Positions 8,871 to 17,360 of a stretch of 52,328 nt of DNA are shown here, piece by piece (position 1 is the first letter of the stretch; each line of letters begins with the position of its first letter). The stretch spans positions 1 to 52,328 of the IMG/VR virus record IMGVR_UViG_3300048902_000276. One strand, written 5' to 3'. Below the pieces are notes generated by a model. The model was not told the origin of the DNA and did not search any database. It worked only from the letters and a program-made list of their open reading frames with translations. The DNA comes from a virus. Lineage: Duplodnaviria; Caudoviricetes. The position numbers and the translations under genes are program-made.

Positions 8871-10001
8871 ATGCCGATCAAGATGGAGCTGCTGGCGATC
8901 CAGAACTTGGACCAGCTGATCCGCGACCTCCAGGACAGCCCGGCGCTGCGAGAGCTGGCCGTGGAGATCGAAGCGGTCGCGCAGCGCGCGCGCGTGCGGG
9001 CCGCCAACCTCGGACCCGTGCAGCTCGCGGCGGAGACGTGCGCGGGCGTCGTCACGCGGGAGGAGATCGAAGCTCTCCCACCGAACCTGCGCGGCTACAT
9101 CAGGGCCTTCTGGAACGAATCGCCATCGGCGCATCTGCTGCGCGACGGCCGCCCGGACGACGACGTGGCCGACGTCAGCGATCCAGACGAGCCCCGCTTC
9201 TTCTGGGAGCTGATCGAGGGCGACAACCCGCGCGGCATGCGACCGTACAAGCTGGTGGTGAGCGGCGACTCGGCGGAGGAGGTAGAGGCCGGCGCGCATG
9301 CCTACCTGGTCGCGCAGTGGGCGATCACTTCCCGCGCGCTGGACGACGGCGCGCTGACCGAGCTCGCAAAGCGGTTCGCGGGTTCGGTGGTCGACGAGGA
9401 GCACATGGAGCACGCCATCCTTGGCGCGCTGGAGGAGTACCGGGACCGGCTGGCGCCGGAGCTACGGCCCGCGCCGACGGTGCGGTGGTACACCCGGTGG
9501 CGCCGGCGCAAGGACGGCACTATGGCGTGGGTCTCGGACATTGGAATCCTGCTGAAGGAAGAGCCCGGTGGCAGGTCGTGGAAGTTCGAGACGGAGGCGC
9601 AGCTGCGCGCCGAGTGGGAAGAGGAGCTGCGGCCGGCGGTCGGCGCGGTGGGCATCGATAAGTCGATCGCCGAGCCGAGGTCGAGCGACCAGCCCGCGGC
9701 GCCGGATCTCCCGACGGCGTTCGAGCAGGCGATCATCGCGATCGGCGTCGAGACGGCGCAGGAGAACCAACGCCGGGGGAACCTGGGCCAGCCGAAACCT
9801 CAGCTCGGGCCGCCGGTGCCGCGCGGACACTGCAATCGCTGCGACCGCTGCGGATGGGAGATGGTGCTGGAAGGCGCGACGGGAGCGGCTGGCGGGTGCT
9901 GGCCCAGCAACTGTTCGCAGCGGCCCATGCCGGAGAAGCGCACGACGTGCGCGGGCTGCGGAGCGCCGTTCGAGCCGGCGCCGGAAGGCGGTGCGCCGTG
10001 A
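8871..10001 (+). CDS. Hypothetical protein with C-terminal Cys cluster
   Basis: GGAGG RBS; CNRCDRC...CWPSNC...CAGC. Confidence 0.7.
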   Translation: MPIKMELLAIQNLDQLIRDLQDSPALRELAVEIEAVAQRARVRAANLGPVQLAAETCAGVVTREEIEALPPNLRGYIRAFWNESPSAHLLRDGRPDDDVADVSDPDEPRFFWELIEGDNPRGMRPYKLVVSGDSAEEVEAGAHAYLVAQWAITSRALDDGALTELAKRFAGSVVDEEHMEHAILGALEEYRDRLAPELRPAPTVRWYTRWRRRKDGTMAWVSDIGILLKEEPGGRSWKFETEAQLRAEWEEELRPAVGAVGIDKSIAEPRSSDQPAAPDLPTAFEQAIIAIGVETAQENQRRGNLGQPKPQLGPPVPRGHCNRCDRCGWEMVLEGATGAAGGCWPSNCSQRPMPEKRTTCAGCGAPFEPAPEGGAP

Positions 10002-11305
10002 ACCCGGACGGCGGTTTGAGCTGCGGCGCCACGCTGATGCACGTGGGCCGCAAGAACCCGTGGGGTGCGTATCTCGTGTACGACGCGCGTGGCACCGACG
10101 CGCACGTGCTGGTGTGGGGGGCGCCGGACTGGCGGTACTTCTGCACCATCGCCTGCGCGGCGAAGGGCGAGCACGTGGCGCCCAAGGCGGAGGGCGGTGG
10201 CGAGTTCTTGGAGGTGTTCGCCGAGGCGCGCAAGACGCTGGCGGCGCAGGGGGTGATTATCGACGCGGCGGCTGACCCGCATCGCCTGCATTCATGCGCT
10301 GCCCACGGGTGTCCGCCGCCGGATGAGCCGGCGCAACCCGTACGTGAGCAGGGGGATGGCGAGACCGACTACGGCGCCGAGCACATGGGGGCGCGCGAGT
10401 TCGCGGTGTCACGGGCCGATGCAGAACGAGCAGCCGCCCAGCGGCCCCCAGCCGTGCTGCCGGTGGAGACGCCGCCGGTTACCGTGCTCGATGAGAATGG
10501 GTGCCGACCGGCATCGTTCGATGAGTTCGTCGGAGCCGCGCAAGCCGTCGCCCAGCAGCCCAGCCCCACCGCCGGGCCGGGGCCGATGCCGATTGGCGGC
10601 CTAGAGGACGCGCTTCGTTGCGGCCGAATCTGGGCCGAGTCGGGGAGCCTGCACATGTCTGTCCCTGAGCAGTCGGCGGCTGTCCTGGCGCGCGAGGTTA
10701 TCCGGCTGCGTGCCGCCGCCCCACCCCCATCTGCCGGGGGGCCTGCGGGGGATGCGACGGGGATTTGGCGCGGCCAGCCCGGTGGCGAATTCGAGGGCTG
10801 CGTCGAGGTTCAGAAGGGCCGCTCGTTCATCGAGACGCGACCGATCAAGAACGGAATCGCGATGCTGGTCGTCAACGGAGAACTACATCCGCTGACCGCC
10901 GCCGAAGCGCGCGCCCTGGCCGAGCCGTGGACAACGGCACCACCACGGAAGACGCCCGACGGGGAGGCTTTGCCGGCCGACGGCCCTCACATGAACGTCC
11001 CCGATGGGACGTTCAACTGGTACTGCGCTCGTTGCAAGATCTGGTCAGGCGAGTTCGAAACCATCTCCGAATGTGAGAGGGATTTCGCCGAACACGTCTC
11101 GCGCCATGCTCTCGCCAAACCAACCGGACACTTGGAGGTGGCGGTGCGGGCGCTGGATAGGATCGATAAGCACGACCCGCACAAACGCAGGGCGCTCTGC
11201 GCCGACTGTCTCCGCGACCCTGGGACCGGACACGACGAAGCTTGCCTGTTCACCATCGCCTCCCGCGCTCTCGCCGCTATCCGCGCAGCGAAAGGAACGC
11301 CATGA
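9998..11305 (+). CDS. Hypothetical mosaic protein with Zn-finger-like motifs
   Basis: GTGA overlap; CARC...H and CADC...H..C motifs. Confidence 0.6.
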   Translation: MNPDGGLSCGATLMHVGRKNPWGAYLVYDARGTDAHVLVWGAPDWRYFCTIACAAKGEHVAPKAEGGGEFLEVFAEARKTLAAQGVIIDAAADPHRLHSCAAHGCPPPDEPAQPVREQGDGETDYGAEHMGAREFAVSRADAERAAAQRPPAVLPVETPPVTVLDENGCRPASFDEFVGAAQAVAQQPSPTAGPGPMPIGGLEDALRCGRIWAESGSLHMSVPEQSAAVLAREVIRLRAAAPPPSAGGPAGDATGIWRGQPGGEFEGCVEVQKGRSFIETRPIKNGIAMLVVNGELHPLTAAEARALAEPWTTAPPRKTPDGEALPADGPHMNVPDGTFNWYCARCKIWSGEFETISECERDFAEHVSRHALAKPTGHLEVAVRALDRIDKHDPHKRRALCADCLRDPGTGHDEACLFTIASRALAAIRAAKGTP

Positions 11306-11847
11306 AAAGCGCGAGGCGTGATCCAGACGCCGCCACGATGCGGAACCTCATTGAGAAGGCGCGTCGCCGCACTGACAGCGGCTCGACCCTGGAGTTCGCT
11401 GAGGAGTGCGTGCGCCTTGGATTTAGGGCCGGGAGGGACGCCGCTCTCCGCGCAGCCCCCGCTGGGGAGATGGACCCCGACCCGATGGACAGACCCGGAC
11501 TCCCCTATGCCGAGCAATGCCACTGCGGCTCGGGAAAGGTCCCGCACCGATTCGGCAAGCACGAATCCTGCGAGAGCTACAAGCACCACTGCGACGGCTG
11601 CCATGAGCGCCGCGCGTGCACACTGCATGACTGCATCGCCTCTTTCAACGCCGGGGAGATGGTGAGACGGGAGGACGTGGCCACCGCGAAGCTGGAGGCC
11701 ATCGGCGAGTTGCTGGCGCGAAACGGGTGCGACTGTGATTGTGACTGCGACAGCGACGGACACGGGGACGACTGCATGCCCTGCTTCGCGTGCCAGGTCC
11801 AGGGAGCGATGACGGACAAGCCCACCGCTGACCGAGGTGGACGGTGA
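11302..11847 (+). CDS. Cys/His-rich hypothetical protein
   Basis: ATGA overlap; CHCGSGK, CDGC, CDCDCDC, CMPCFAC. Confidence 0.65.
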   Translation: MKSARRDPDAATMRNLIEKARRRTDSGSTLEFAEECVRLGFRAGRDAALRAAPAGEMDPDPMDRPGLPYAEQCHCGSGKVPHRFGKHESCESYKHHCDGCHERRACTLHDCIASFNAGEMVRREDVATAKLEAIGELLARNGCDCDCDCDSDGHGDDCMPCFACQVQGAMTDKPTADRGGR

Positions 11848-12812
11848 GCCTGGTTGACCGCATCGGCGCCCGCCGCGTCGTCGCCAGCGTGAGCGGCGGC
11901 AAGGATAGCGCCGCCCTGTCACTGCACCTGCGCGAGCTGGGCATCGACCACGACCGCGTCTTCCTCGACACCGGCTGGGAGCACCCGAAGACATACGATT
12001 ACCTGCGCGGCCAGCTGACCGACGCGCTGGGTCCGATCCACGAGGCGCGCGCCGTCGTGCCGCCGCCGGCCCCGGAGGTGGTCGCGCGGCTGCGCCCGCT
12101 GGTCCGCGCCGCCGTCGAGGCGGGGTCGGCGTTCGTCTGCCTGATCCTGAAGAAGGGGATGTTCCCGGCGCGCACGATCCGCTTCTGCACCCAGGAACTG
12201 AAAGTCAAGGCGATGCAGACCTACGTCGCCGAGCGCGTCGCCGCCGGCGAGGACCTCATCAACGCGGTCGGGATCCGGCGCGCTGAGAGCGGGGCGCGGG
12301 CCGCCGCCAAGGAATGGGAGTGGTCGGACGGCTTCGACTGCGAGGTCTGGCGGCCGCTCGTTGACTGGACCGAGCAGGACGTGATCGACATTCACCGCCG
12401 GCATGGGCTGCGTCCGAACCCGCTCTATTTGCTGGGCGCGTCGCGCGTGGGCTGCTGGCCGTGCATCCACGCCCGCAAGAGCGAGATCCGGTTCATCGCC
12501 GAGCATGACCCCGAGCGCATCGAGTTGATCCGGCAGCTTGAGCTTGACGTCTGCGACCTGGCCCGCGAGCGGATCGAGGCGCGCGGCAAGACGATGGAGA
12601 ACCCCCCGGCTTTCTTCCAGGCGCCGATCGGGCGCCGCAAGGGCCCCGACGGCAAGACGATCCACGTCGGCACATGCTGGCCGATCGATCGCGTCGTCGC
12701 ATGGTCGCGTACCATCCGCGGCGGCAAGGAAGAGGACCGACAGGAGAGACTGTTCGCCGACCAGGCAGGGTGCATGCGCTGGGGTTTGTGCGACACGCGA
12801 GGCGAGCCATGA
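11844..12812 (+). CDS. PAPS/APS-reductase family protein (PP-loop, Cys-containing)
   Basis: SVSGGKDS PP-loop, DTGWEH, RFCT, GIRRAES, RVGCWPC. Confidence 0.9.
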   Translation: MSLVDRIGARRVVASVSGGKDSAALSLHLRELGIDHDRVFLDTGWEHPKTYDYLRGQLTDALGPIHEARAVVPPPAPEVVARLRPLVRAAVEAGSAFVCLILKKGMFPARTIRFCTQELKVKAMQTYVAERVAAGEDLINAVGIRRAESGARAAAKEWEWSDGFDCEVWRPLVDWTEQDVIDIHRRHGLRPNPLYLLGASRVGCWPCIHARKSEIRFIAEHDPERIELIRQLELDVCDLARERIEARGKTMENPPAFFQAPIGRRKGPDGKTIHVGTCWPIDRVVAWSRTIRGGKEEDRQERLFADQAGCMRWGLCDTRGEP

Positions 12813-13017
12813 AGAGCATCCGAGCGTGGTGGCGGAAGCGGCGGGAATTATCTGACCTACGTCACGAACTGGAGGCCGCGCGTGGTCTCATGTGGGCCGT
12901 GCGCGAAGTTCCCGATGTACGGGCCGGAGCGCCGGATGGGTCGGCCATACGGCTATCGGCGTGGATTGCCGACGTTGAACAACGGATTGCGAAGCGGCGA
13001 GGCGAGCCATGAAGAGC
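12797..13017 (+). repeat. 21-bp perfect direct repeat at two gene junctions
   Basis: GCGAGGCGAGCCATGAAGAGC at 12797-12817 and 12997-13017. Confidence 0.9.
12809..13012 (+). CDS. Small hypothetical protein between direct repeats
   Basis: MKSIRAWWRK...RRGEP; ATGA overlaps at both ends. Confidence 0.6.
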   Translation: MKSIRAWWRKRRELSDLRHELEAARGLMWAVREVPDVRAGAPDGSAIRLSAWIADVEQRIAKRRGEP

Positions 13018-13401
13018 GCGAGGGAGGGGTTCGTAGCGCCGAAGCCGCCGGCGGCGGCGCCACTCGCCAAGCCTCGGCGCGTGCAGCTCTCGCGCGCGGC
13101 CGGGGCGAGGTTGCCGCCCAATACGGTGATAGTTTCGCGCCCGACTCGGTGGGGCAATCCGTGGAGGCTGCAGGATGTGAAGTTCCAGCACGCGGACGGC
13201 ACGCCGGCGCCGTTCGATGAGGCGGAGGCGCGGCGTCAGTGCGTCCGCAATTTCGAAGCGGCGCTCTTGAACGCGCTCGACTCTGTGCCGTTCCAGATCA
13301 AGGACGTCGTGCGCGAGCTGCGCGGCAAGAACTTGGCGTGCTGGTGCAAGACCGGCGAGCTGTGCCACGCGGATGTTTTGCTGGCGCTCGCGAACGCGTA
13401 G
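13009..13401 (+). CDS. DUF4326 domain protein
   Basis: SRPTRWGNPW...ELRGKNLACWC...CHADVL signature. Confidence 0.85.
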   Translation: MKSAREGFVAPKPPAAAPLAKPRRVQLSRAAGARLPPNTVIVSRPTRWGNPWRLQDVKFQHADGTPAPFDEAEARRQCVRNFEAALLNALDSVPFQIKDVVRELRGKNLACWCKTGELCHADVLLALANA

Positions 13402-13432
13402 GCGCGGTTATCGACGGGGAAACGGGGCTGAG

Positions 13433-13460
13433 TTGACGCGAGACATACAACGTGTATGCT
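13433..13460 (+). promoter_or_regulatory. sigma70-like promoter with operator (copy 3)
   Basis: TTGACG-16nt-TATGCT; GACATACAACGTGTATG at 13442-13458; ATG 7 nt after -10. Confidence 0.75.
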
Positions 13461-13467
13461 CGTGTGC

Positions 13468-13740
13468 ATGGCAATTTACGGTCGGTTCGGTGGCAAGGTG
13501 ACGATCGTTCGGCGGGCCACGCTGGACGACGTCACGAAGTTCGAGAAGCGCAAGCCCGATCAACAGGACCGCGATGCGATCCTCATCGGGTCGTACGTGA
13601 TCGCGAAGGAGGTCGACACGGGGAAGGAGCGGCTCTACAGCCAGGCCTTCCTCCGCGCCGACCGGGGTTCTGTCGAGATCGGCGAGGAGATCGACGGGCT
13701 GCCCCCGGAGACCCCGGGGCGTATCTACGTCAACGACTGA
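13468..13740 (+). CDS. Hypothetical protein (probably leaderless)
   Basis: MAIYGRFGG...; GC3 bias. Confidence 0.65.
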   Translation: MAIYGRFGGKVTIVRRATLDDVTKFEKRKPDQQDRDAILIGSYVIAKEVDTGKERLYSQAFLRADRGSVEIGEEIDGLPPETPGRIYVND

Positions 13741-13791
13741 AACGAGGTGCCGCGAGGGGGGCGCGGCGACCATCAACCAAAGGAGGCGACG

Positions 13792-14016
13792 ATGGGAACG
13801 GAGGACAGGATCGCGAAGCTGAAGGAGCGGCAGGCGGCCCGGCAGGCGCAGCGCGAGCAGTTCAAGAAAGGATACGACATGCGTCGCACGCGCTGGGTGC
13901 CGCCGCGGGATGCGCTGCTGCAGAAGGCGCCGGCGGGACCGAAGGGCGACAACGCTAAGGACATCGAGTGGGTGCGGCGGCAGCGCCGCATCGAGGCGAC
14001 CGAGGGAAGGGAGTGA
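13792..14016 (+). CDS. Hypothetical basic protein
   Basis: AAGGAGG RBS. Confidence 0.65.
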   Translation: MGTEDRIAKLKERQAARQAQREQFKKGYDMRRTRWVPPRDALLQKAPAGPKGDNAKDIEWVRRQRRIEATEGRE

Positions 14017-14188
14017 GGCGCATCGTGCAAGCCCTGGTGGCGGCGGCGGCGTGGCTGGGTGGGCTGGCGCGCGCGGTGCTGCGGCCGCGCGCGCCGGTCG
14101 AAGAGTTCGTGCGGTGCCGGCACTGCTCGGGCGATGCGTTCGACGACCGGCACGTGCTGCGCGGGCGGTGCCCGCACTGGCGGCCGTC

Positions 14189-14671
14189 GTGAGCAGCTCG
14201 CCGCTGACGCTGGCCGAGCTCCGACAGGCGGTCGACGAGGCGCTGGCCGCCGGCTACCGCGTCGTCTCGCACGTCGAGATGGGCGTCCGCTTCGCGAACG
14301 GGCGCTGGCGCTCGATCGCGGGCCGTCCGCTGTCGCCGGTGGGCGCGCTCATCCTCCACGTCCAGGGACAGCAGCCGCTGCCCCAGGCGGAGCTGGAGGC
14401 GGCGCGCACGGCATGCCGCGGCTCGATGATGTTCGTCATCGGCGTCCAGCAGGGGATCGCCCAGACGCTCGACGACAGCTGCCTGCTCGACCCCGACGGC
14501 GCCGCCTACTGGGACGGCTTCCAGGTCGGCGACAGCGTGCGCCACTACATCGACGAGCCCGACATCGCCAGCGCCTTCGAGGCGGAGCTGGCGGAGTGGG
14601 AGAGCGGGCCGCCGACGCAACAGGATCCAAAGGGGAGCGCGTGGTTCACGCCTTCCGGTTCCAAACACTGA
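14189..14671 (+). CDS. Hypothetical protein
   Basis: GTGA-coupled to small ORF 14013-14192; GC3 bias. Confidence 0.6.
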   Translation: MSSSPLTLAELRQAVDEALAAGYRVVSHVEMGVRFANGRWRSIAGRPLSPVGALILHVQGQQPLPQAELEAARTACRGSMMFVIGVQQGIAQTLDDSCLLDPDGAAYWDGFQVGDSVRHYIDEPDIASAFEAELAEWESGPPTQQDPKGSAWFTPSGSKH

Positions 14672-14683
14672 ACGGAGGTCACG

Positions 14684-14908
14684 ATGACGACGGAAGCAAC
14701 GAAGCCAGGATGGAAGGAAGAGATCTACGTCCCGCTGGAGGCCGACTGGGAGCGCGGCAAGACGCTCGCGAGCTGCAAATGCGACGCGGCCGACTGCCGC
14801 GAGTGCGAAAACTTCGAGTGCGAGGACATCGAGATCGGCGCGAACAAGGATCTCGCCTGCACGTGCCCCTGCCACTCGACGCCCGCGGCCGAGGAGGCGG
14901 TGGAGTAA
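14684..14908 (+). CDS. Acidic Cys-rich small protein
   Basis: GGAGG RBS; CKC, CREC, CTCPCH. Confidence 0.65.
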   Translation: MTTEATKPGWKEEIYVPLEADWERGKTLASCKCDAADCRECENFECEDIEIGANKDLACTCPCHSTPAAEEAVE

Positions 14909-15325
14909 ATGACTTCGCTGGGGCTGGCCCTGCGAACGGGCATCAACCAAGTCGAGGTCGCGGCTTGCAGTGCGGGGACGCGGACCAGCCCCTGCAACTC
15001 GAGTCACGTCGAGCCGCTGCTGTGCGACTGGTGCCGCAAGCCGTTCCTGCGCTGCGACGCGCACGGCGGCTGGCGCGGCATGCGGCGCGCGCTGGCGGGT
15101 CACAAGGGCCAGTGCTCGGCCCGGCCGGCGGCGGAGGCGGAGCTGCGCGAGCGCCAGCAGCGCTGGCTCAAGGCGACGGCGAAGGAGGTGCTGGAGGACA
15201 TCGCGCTCGGCGAGCACGGCACGGTGGACCTCGAGATCGCGCTGCTCGATGAGTCCGTGGCGGAGCGCAACATCGACGCCGTGGTGAAGCTGCTGGAGCT
15301 GCGGTTGCCGGAGTACCCGAGGTGA
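14909..15325 (+). CDS. Putative Zn-binding protein
   Basis: CDWC...CDAH; adjacent to upstream stop. Confidence 0.55.
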   Translation: MTSLGLALRTGINQVEVAACSAGTRTSPCNSSHVEPLLCDWCRKPFLRCDAHGGWRGMRRALAGHKGQCSARPAAEAELRERQQRWLKATAKEVLEDIALGEHGTVDLEIALLDESVAERNIDAVVKLLELRLPEYPR

Positions 15326-15400
15326 CGGCAGCGGCATCGACGTTCACTGCGAGAGCGACGGGTACGGTGACATGGTCTGGCCAGAGGAGGTCGAAACCAC

Positions 15401-15592
15401 ATGAGCGAGAAGGCGATGATCAGATGGCTGAAGGAACGCGGCTGGATCCGAGACGGAGACACGTGGCGACTACAGACGATCGCGCGCGTCCACCAGGCGG
15501 CTACGATCGCGGGCGCGATGGCGATCCAGGAGCGCCTGGAGGCGGGGCGCAAGGCGAGCGGGCACCGCGCGATGCCGGGGAGCGGGCTGTGA
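15401..15592 (+). CDS. Hypothetical protein
   Basis: GAGGAGG RBS. Confidence 0.55.
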   Translation: MSEKAMIRWLKERGWIRDGDTWRLQTIARVHQAATIAGAMAIQERLEAGRKASGHRAMPGSGL

Positions 15593-15620
15593 TCGACCCC
15601 GTCATCTACGGAGAAAACCC

Positions 15621-16070
15621 GTGAGCCACACCTTCAAGAAAGGGCCGATTTTCGACTGGGAGCGTCCGCCGTCCTGGCGGACGCTGACCCCGGAACAGAC
15701 GGCGCGCTATGAGAAGTTCCGTCGCGAGCACCCGCCCCTGTTCACTATCGACGAGAACGGCGCGACGTTGGCTAACGGGAAGCGCATCGCGCCCGACGAA
15801 AACGGGTTCATTACTATCGAATTCGACCTGCAGCGTCTGCCGTGGTGGCGGCGCGCCGCGCGCTGGATCCTAGGCGTCGCGAAGCTCCTGCTCTTCATCG
15901 CGTTCGTCTCTTCGTGCGGGCGCTCGCCGTTGCCCGCCGATCGCGCGACGTGTTCCCCGCTCTGCGCGGGTTGCCGGCCCGAGGTCGATCGGGTGACGTT
16001 CTGCTCGGTCGACGCCGGTGCGTGCATCGGGATTGACTGCGTGACGTGTTCCGAGTGTTTCGGGAGCTGA
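15621..16070 (+). CDS. Membrane or lipoprotein-like protein with Cys-rich C-terminus
   Basis: GGAG RBS; internal hydrophobic helix ending VSS-C followed by 8 Cys. Confidence 0.55.
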   Translation: MSHTFKKGPIFDWERPPSWRTLTPEQTARYEKFRREHPPLFTIDENGATLANGKRIAPDENGFITIEFDLQRLPWWRRAARWILGVAKLLLFIAFVSSCGRSPLPADRATCSPLCAGCRPEVDRVTFCSVDAGACIGIDCVTCSECFGS

Positions 16071-16072
16071 CG

Positions 16073-16659
16073 ATGAAGAACCACGACTTCACGGTCGCCG
16101 CGGGCATGGGCCTGCACCGCTGCGTCGACTGCGGCGCGCTGAACGTCGCGAACAACATCGGCAAGGAATGCACGCCGGACGAGGGCTGGGAGGATCGGAT
16201 CGGGGCCCGGCGCGCGGGCATCGACGACGAGCTCCGGCTACGCGCGAGGGAGGAACGGCAGCGCCGCGAGCAGCCGATCCGCCCGCCGCCGCCGGACGGG
16301 ACCGAGGGCACCCGCCGGCGCGCGGCCGCCAGCTGGAGGCGGCGGTGAAACGCCACGCTTGGAACTACGAGCGCGACGTCGGGCGCAGCTCGGGCCGGTA
16401 CAAGGTGGTCGCGTGCCGGAACTGCCGCGCGCAGCGCCGCTTCAAGGGCGCGGGGCTCGTGTACCGCGCGCCCGGCGGTCGCTGGTCGGTGGTGCGTCCC
16501 GTCTGCGGACTGGGCCCGGATTCTCTGCCCAGGAGGGTGTACAGGCTTCTGCTGCGAGCCCGCCATGCGCTGCGCTTCGAACCGAACAAGGCTTCGATTG
16601 AGGTCAAAGAGCTGTGCCGAGACATCGATCGTATGCTCGATCCAGGAGGAGAACCATGA
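16073..16659 (+). CDS. Two small Zn-ribbon-like ORFs (16073-16348, 16345-16659)
   Basis: CVDC and CRNC motifs; GTGA coupling. Confidence 0.5.
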
Positions 16660-17360
16660 CGCCCGAGACACGTGTCAGCCCTATCATCCCTATCGACCGT
16701 GCGCGCCGGGTGCGCGAGATCGCCCGCCAGATGGACCCCAGCACGGCGCGCGTCGCCGACTTCCTCGAGCAGCTCGGGCCGAAGTGGATCGCGCTCGCGG
16801 TGGCGGCGCTGATTGCGGCGGCCGCGGTCGCGTTCGGGCCCGGCTGCGGCAACATCGAGGTCGACGAGGACCCCGACGCGCGCGCCCTGGTCGAGCGGCG
16901 GGGCGAGGCTATCCCGCCGGCTGGCGCGGGCGGATCGGGACTCGGCGGCGCTCAGCAGATCGAGCCGGGGACCGGCGGCGCGCTGGTCGCGAGCGGGATG
17001 GGCGGCGCGGCGGCACACGGCGCTGGCGGCGCGATCGACGGCGCCGGCGGCGCGCCAGCGGCGGGATCCGGGGGCGCGGGGCTGGCCGGAGCGCCGGGTG
17101 GCGCGCCCGGGACCGGCGGCGCGGCCGCGATCCCGCCGCTGCCCCCCTGCTCGACGGACCCGGCGGCGCCGCCGGTGGCCTGCCCGGGCGGCAAGCTCTA
17201 CCCGGGGACGACGACGGGCTGCTTCTCATGCGCGTTCCGCGCGGGCTCGCCGGACATCGGCAGGGCGTGCATCCGCGGCGCCACGGCGCAGGTATGCTCG
17301 GGCGGCATCTGCCAGGCCCCGACCTACCAGGCCTGCGTAGACTGCGGGGGCTGCTCGTGA
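16656..17360 (+). CDS. Myxobacterial-style lipoprotein (Gly/Ala linker, Cys-rich C-terminus)
   Basis: AGGAGGAG RBS; hydrophobic helix ending GPG-C, GAGG repeats, about 11 C-terminal Cys. Confidence 0.65.
   Translation: MTPETRVSPIIPIDRARRVREIARQMDPSTARVADFLEQLGPKWIALAVAALIAAAAVAFGPGCGNIEVDEDPDARALVERRGEAIPPAGAGGSGLGGAQQIEPGTGGALVASGMGGAAAHGAGGAIDGAGGAPAAGSGGAGLAGAPGGAPGTGGAAAIPPLPPCSTDPAAPPVACPGGKLYPGTTTGCFSCAFRAGSPDIGRACIRGATAQVCSGGICQAPTYQACVDCGGCS

Noticed and set aside
11844-12812. cysH auxiliary metabolic gene
   Set aside because: No other sulfur-assimilation genes and no C-terminal ECGLH motif; function left open.
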